Part shown: piece by piece, positions 62,773 to 64,000 of the stretch | How positions within the stretch are numbered: the first letter of the stretch is position 1 | Layout: each line of letters begins with the position of its first letter | Assembly (NCBI GenBank): GCA_946623825.1 | Contig: CAMORN010000002.1 | Coordinates: 152,184 to 216,183 of the forward strand | DNA: 64,000 nucleotides | Direction of reading: 5' to 3' | DNA from: an uncultured Alphaproteobacteria bacterium | Lineage (GTDB): Bacteria > Pseudomonadota > Alphaproteobacteria > Rs-D84 | Translations under genes and position numbers: made by a program | Notes under the pieces: generated by a model | The model's input: the letters and a program-made list of their open reading frames with translations, nothing else | What the model was told of the DNA's origin: nothing | Database searches by the model: none

Positions 62773-63279
62773 TTAACTTTCCTTTATTCCGCATAATGTG
62801 ACAATGTATTTTAAATATTCTACTGCCCATCTTTTTAATCTGATTGGTGTTGGCATACCGGTTAATGAAGCAGGGCACGCAATAATATCTGTTTCTGGTA
62901 ATTCATGCCTTAAAAGATACAATGCGCGATTCATATGGTCTTCGGTTGTAACGACAACAATTCTGTCGAAATTTTTGTTTTTTACGATTTGTTTTATTGC
63001 CAACGCATTTTGATATGTAGATTTTGATAAAGATTCAATTTGAACATGTGTTATATCTGGTATTTGTGTTGCGCCTGCGCCAATGATATATAATTGACCA
63101 TATTTTAAGGTGTTTAATTTTTTTACAGCATAAGGAATACGACGCACATCACCGGTTAAAACAAATAAATTATCATCTTGTAATAAATTGCCACATCTTG
63201 GCGGTGTCATAGATTTGAACATTATTCCGCCAAATATAAAACAAAATATTAAAATTAAAGATACGGGAATGTATTTCAT
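62773..63279 (-). CDS. YdcF/ElyC-family (DUF218) protein
   Basis: LFVLTGD, SKSTYQNAL and VVVTTEDHMNRAL motifs. 168 aa. Confidence 0.65.
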   Translation of the reverse strand: MKYIPVSLILIFCFIFGGIMFKSMTPPRCGNLLQDDNLFVLTGDVRRIPYAVKKLNTLKYGQLYIIGAGATQIPDITHVQIESLSKSTYQNALAIKQIVKNKNFDRIVVVTTEDHMNRALYLLRHELPETDIIACPASLTGMPTPIRLKRWAVEYLKYIVTLCGIKES

Positions 63280-64000
63280 TATTTTTCAGATAATATTTTT
63301 ATTGTTGTTTTTCTGGTGATGAAAACAGAAAAGCAAATGATTATTATTGGTAATAACATCAATATCAACCAATTGTTTCCTGTCAAATTCAATGTTGCTA
63401 ATAAACCCACGCGTGCAGAATGTGCAGTTGCTAAAATCATAAATAAAATTGGGACTGCGGATACGAATCCAATCAAACATGCAACAGAGCTGATTTTTCC
63501 GACGATGATTTGCATTTGTTTTGCGATAAAATCATCAGATGCCCCAACTTGATTTAAGATTTCCAGTTCATGTTTGTGTAACATCGCAATATTTTTTGAT
63601 ATATATGAAATACATACACCAATGGAAGATAATATTATAAGTAATACAAATACAGTAATACTGATTAATTTCCAACCCGTTGAAATAGAATTTTTCAATG
63701 CAGATGTATGGTTCAAAAATTTTGCACGATTCCCGATATCTTTTTTGATATCTGCCATATCTTTTGCGTTTTTCATTTTTAATTCATACATTTCAGGTAA
63801 ATAATTAGTCAACCTTGCACCACCAGAAATCCATGGACGCATCATGTTTTCCATATCTGTTTTTGTTATTTCTTTTACAGATTCAATTTTTTTAGAGTGT
63901 TTTGTGAATACCTGTTTTATATATGCGGTGTTGTCGCTATTAGAAATTTGAATTGTTGCATATTTATCCCATTGGGTGTTCCAACGAACAACGCCACTGC
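63279..64000 (-). CDS. ftsX: FtsX-like cell-division permease, C-terminal part (5' end beyond the window)
   Basis: I checked that the frame stays open upstream of the ORF-track Met through to position 64000 (..SGVVRWNTQWDKYATIQISNSDNTAYIKQVF..). Four C-terminal TM segments. 1-nt TAATG overlap with the DUF218 gene. Confidence 0.6.
   Translation of the reverse strand, partial: SGVVRWNTQWDKYATIQISNSDNTAYIKQVFTKHSKKIESVKEITKTDMENMMRPWISGGARLTNYLPEMYELKMKNAKDMADIKKDIGNRAKFLNHTSALKNSISTGWKLISITVFVLLIILSSIGVCISYISKNIAMLHKHELEILNQVGASDDFIAKQMQIIVGKISSVACLIGFVSAVPILFMILATAHSARVGLLATLNLTGNNWLILMLLPIIIICFSVFITRKTTIKILSEK

Noticed and set aside
1-64000. Scan for CRISPR arrays, reverse transcriptases, retrons or DGRs, integrases or transposases, restriction-modification systems and other known defence gene signatures.
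   Set aside because: I saw no spaced direct-repeat array. None of the ORFs carries RT (YxDD), tyrosine/serine recombinase, DDE transposase, methyltransferase-endonuclease or STAND/TIR-type motifs that I could recognise by eye. A profile search would be needed to exclude divergent members.

Overview
This 64-kb window is low in G+C and tightly packed. Intergenic gaps are short and many stop/start codons overlap. It comes from a diderm (Gram-negative) bacterium. Gene content and local order point to a reduced, alphaproteobacterium-like lineage, which is an inference and not a database result. The supporting genes are rpoH, uvrC-pgsA, ftsX-DUF218-plsC, a 654-aa ParE, an EF-P with a KPGKGGAF loop, gatC/A/B, tolB, lolA, asmA and tatABC. 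About 75 protein genes are supported, most of them housekeeping (replication, translation, cell division, Fe-S assembly, lipid synthesis). There are two tRNAs (Lys-CUU, Phe-GAA) and many hairpin+T-run terminators. I saw no rRNA, CRISPR array, integrase, transposase or reverse transcriptase. Several items are not routine. (1) An orphan VirD4/TraG-type coupling ATPase lies in an apparent operon with two lipoproteins. (2) A TcpQ/PilL-domain gene plus a PilN/TcpC-type lipoprotein secretin form a two-gene module with no inner-membrane pilus genes. (3) A lone type IV pilin-like gene with Arg at +1 heads a pilin-rluC-asmA-cdaA cluster. (4) There is an orphan VirB2/TrbC-like pilin gene. (5) An 18-codon leader ORF with six consecutive Thr codons sits upstream of a TGS-less thrS. 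(6) The gatC/A/B cluster carries a stand-alone RNAP alpha-CTD-like gene, an opposite-strand tRNA-Phe and two unknown ORFs. (7) The tRNA-Lys 3' end plus its terminator is duplicated as an att-like scar, next to a Slam/DUF560-like outer-membrane gene. (8) A CdaA-type diadenylate cyclase sits in a proteobacterial context. None of these is proven to be a new system. The most plausible candidate for something undescribed is the set of dispersed, individually orphaned envelope-machine parts (VirD4, VirB2-like, PilL/PilN-like, pilin-like, DprA). All functional calls rest on motif recognition by eye and need HMM or structure searches to confirm.
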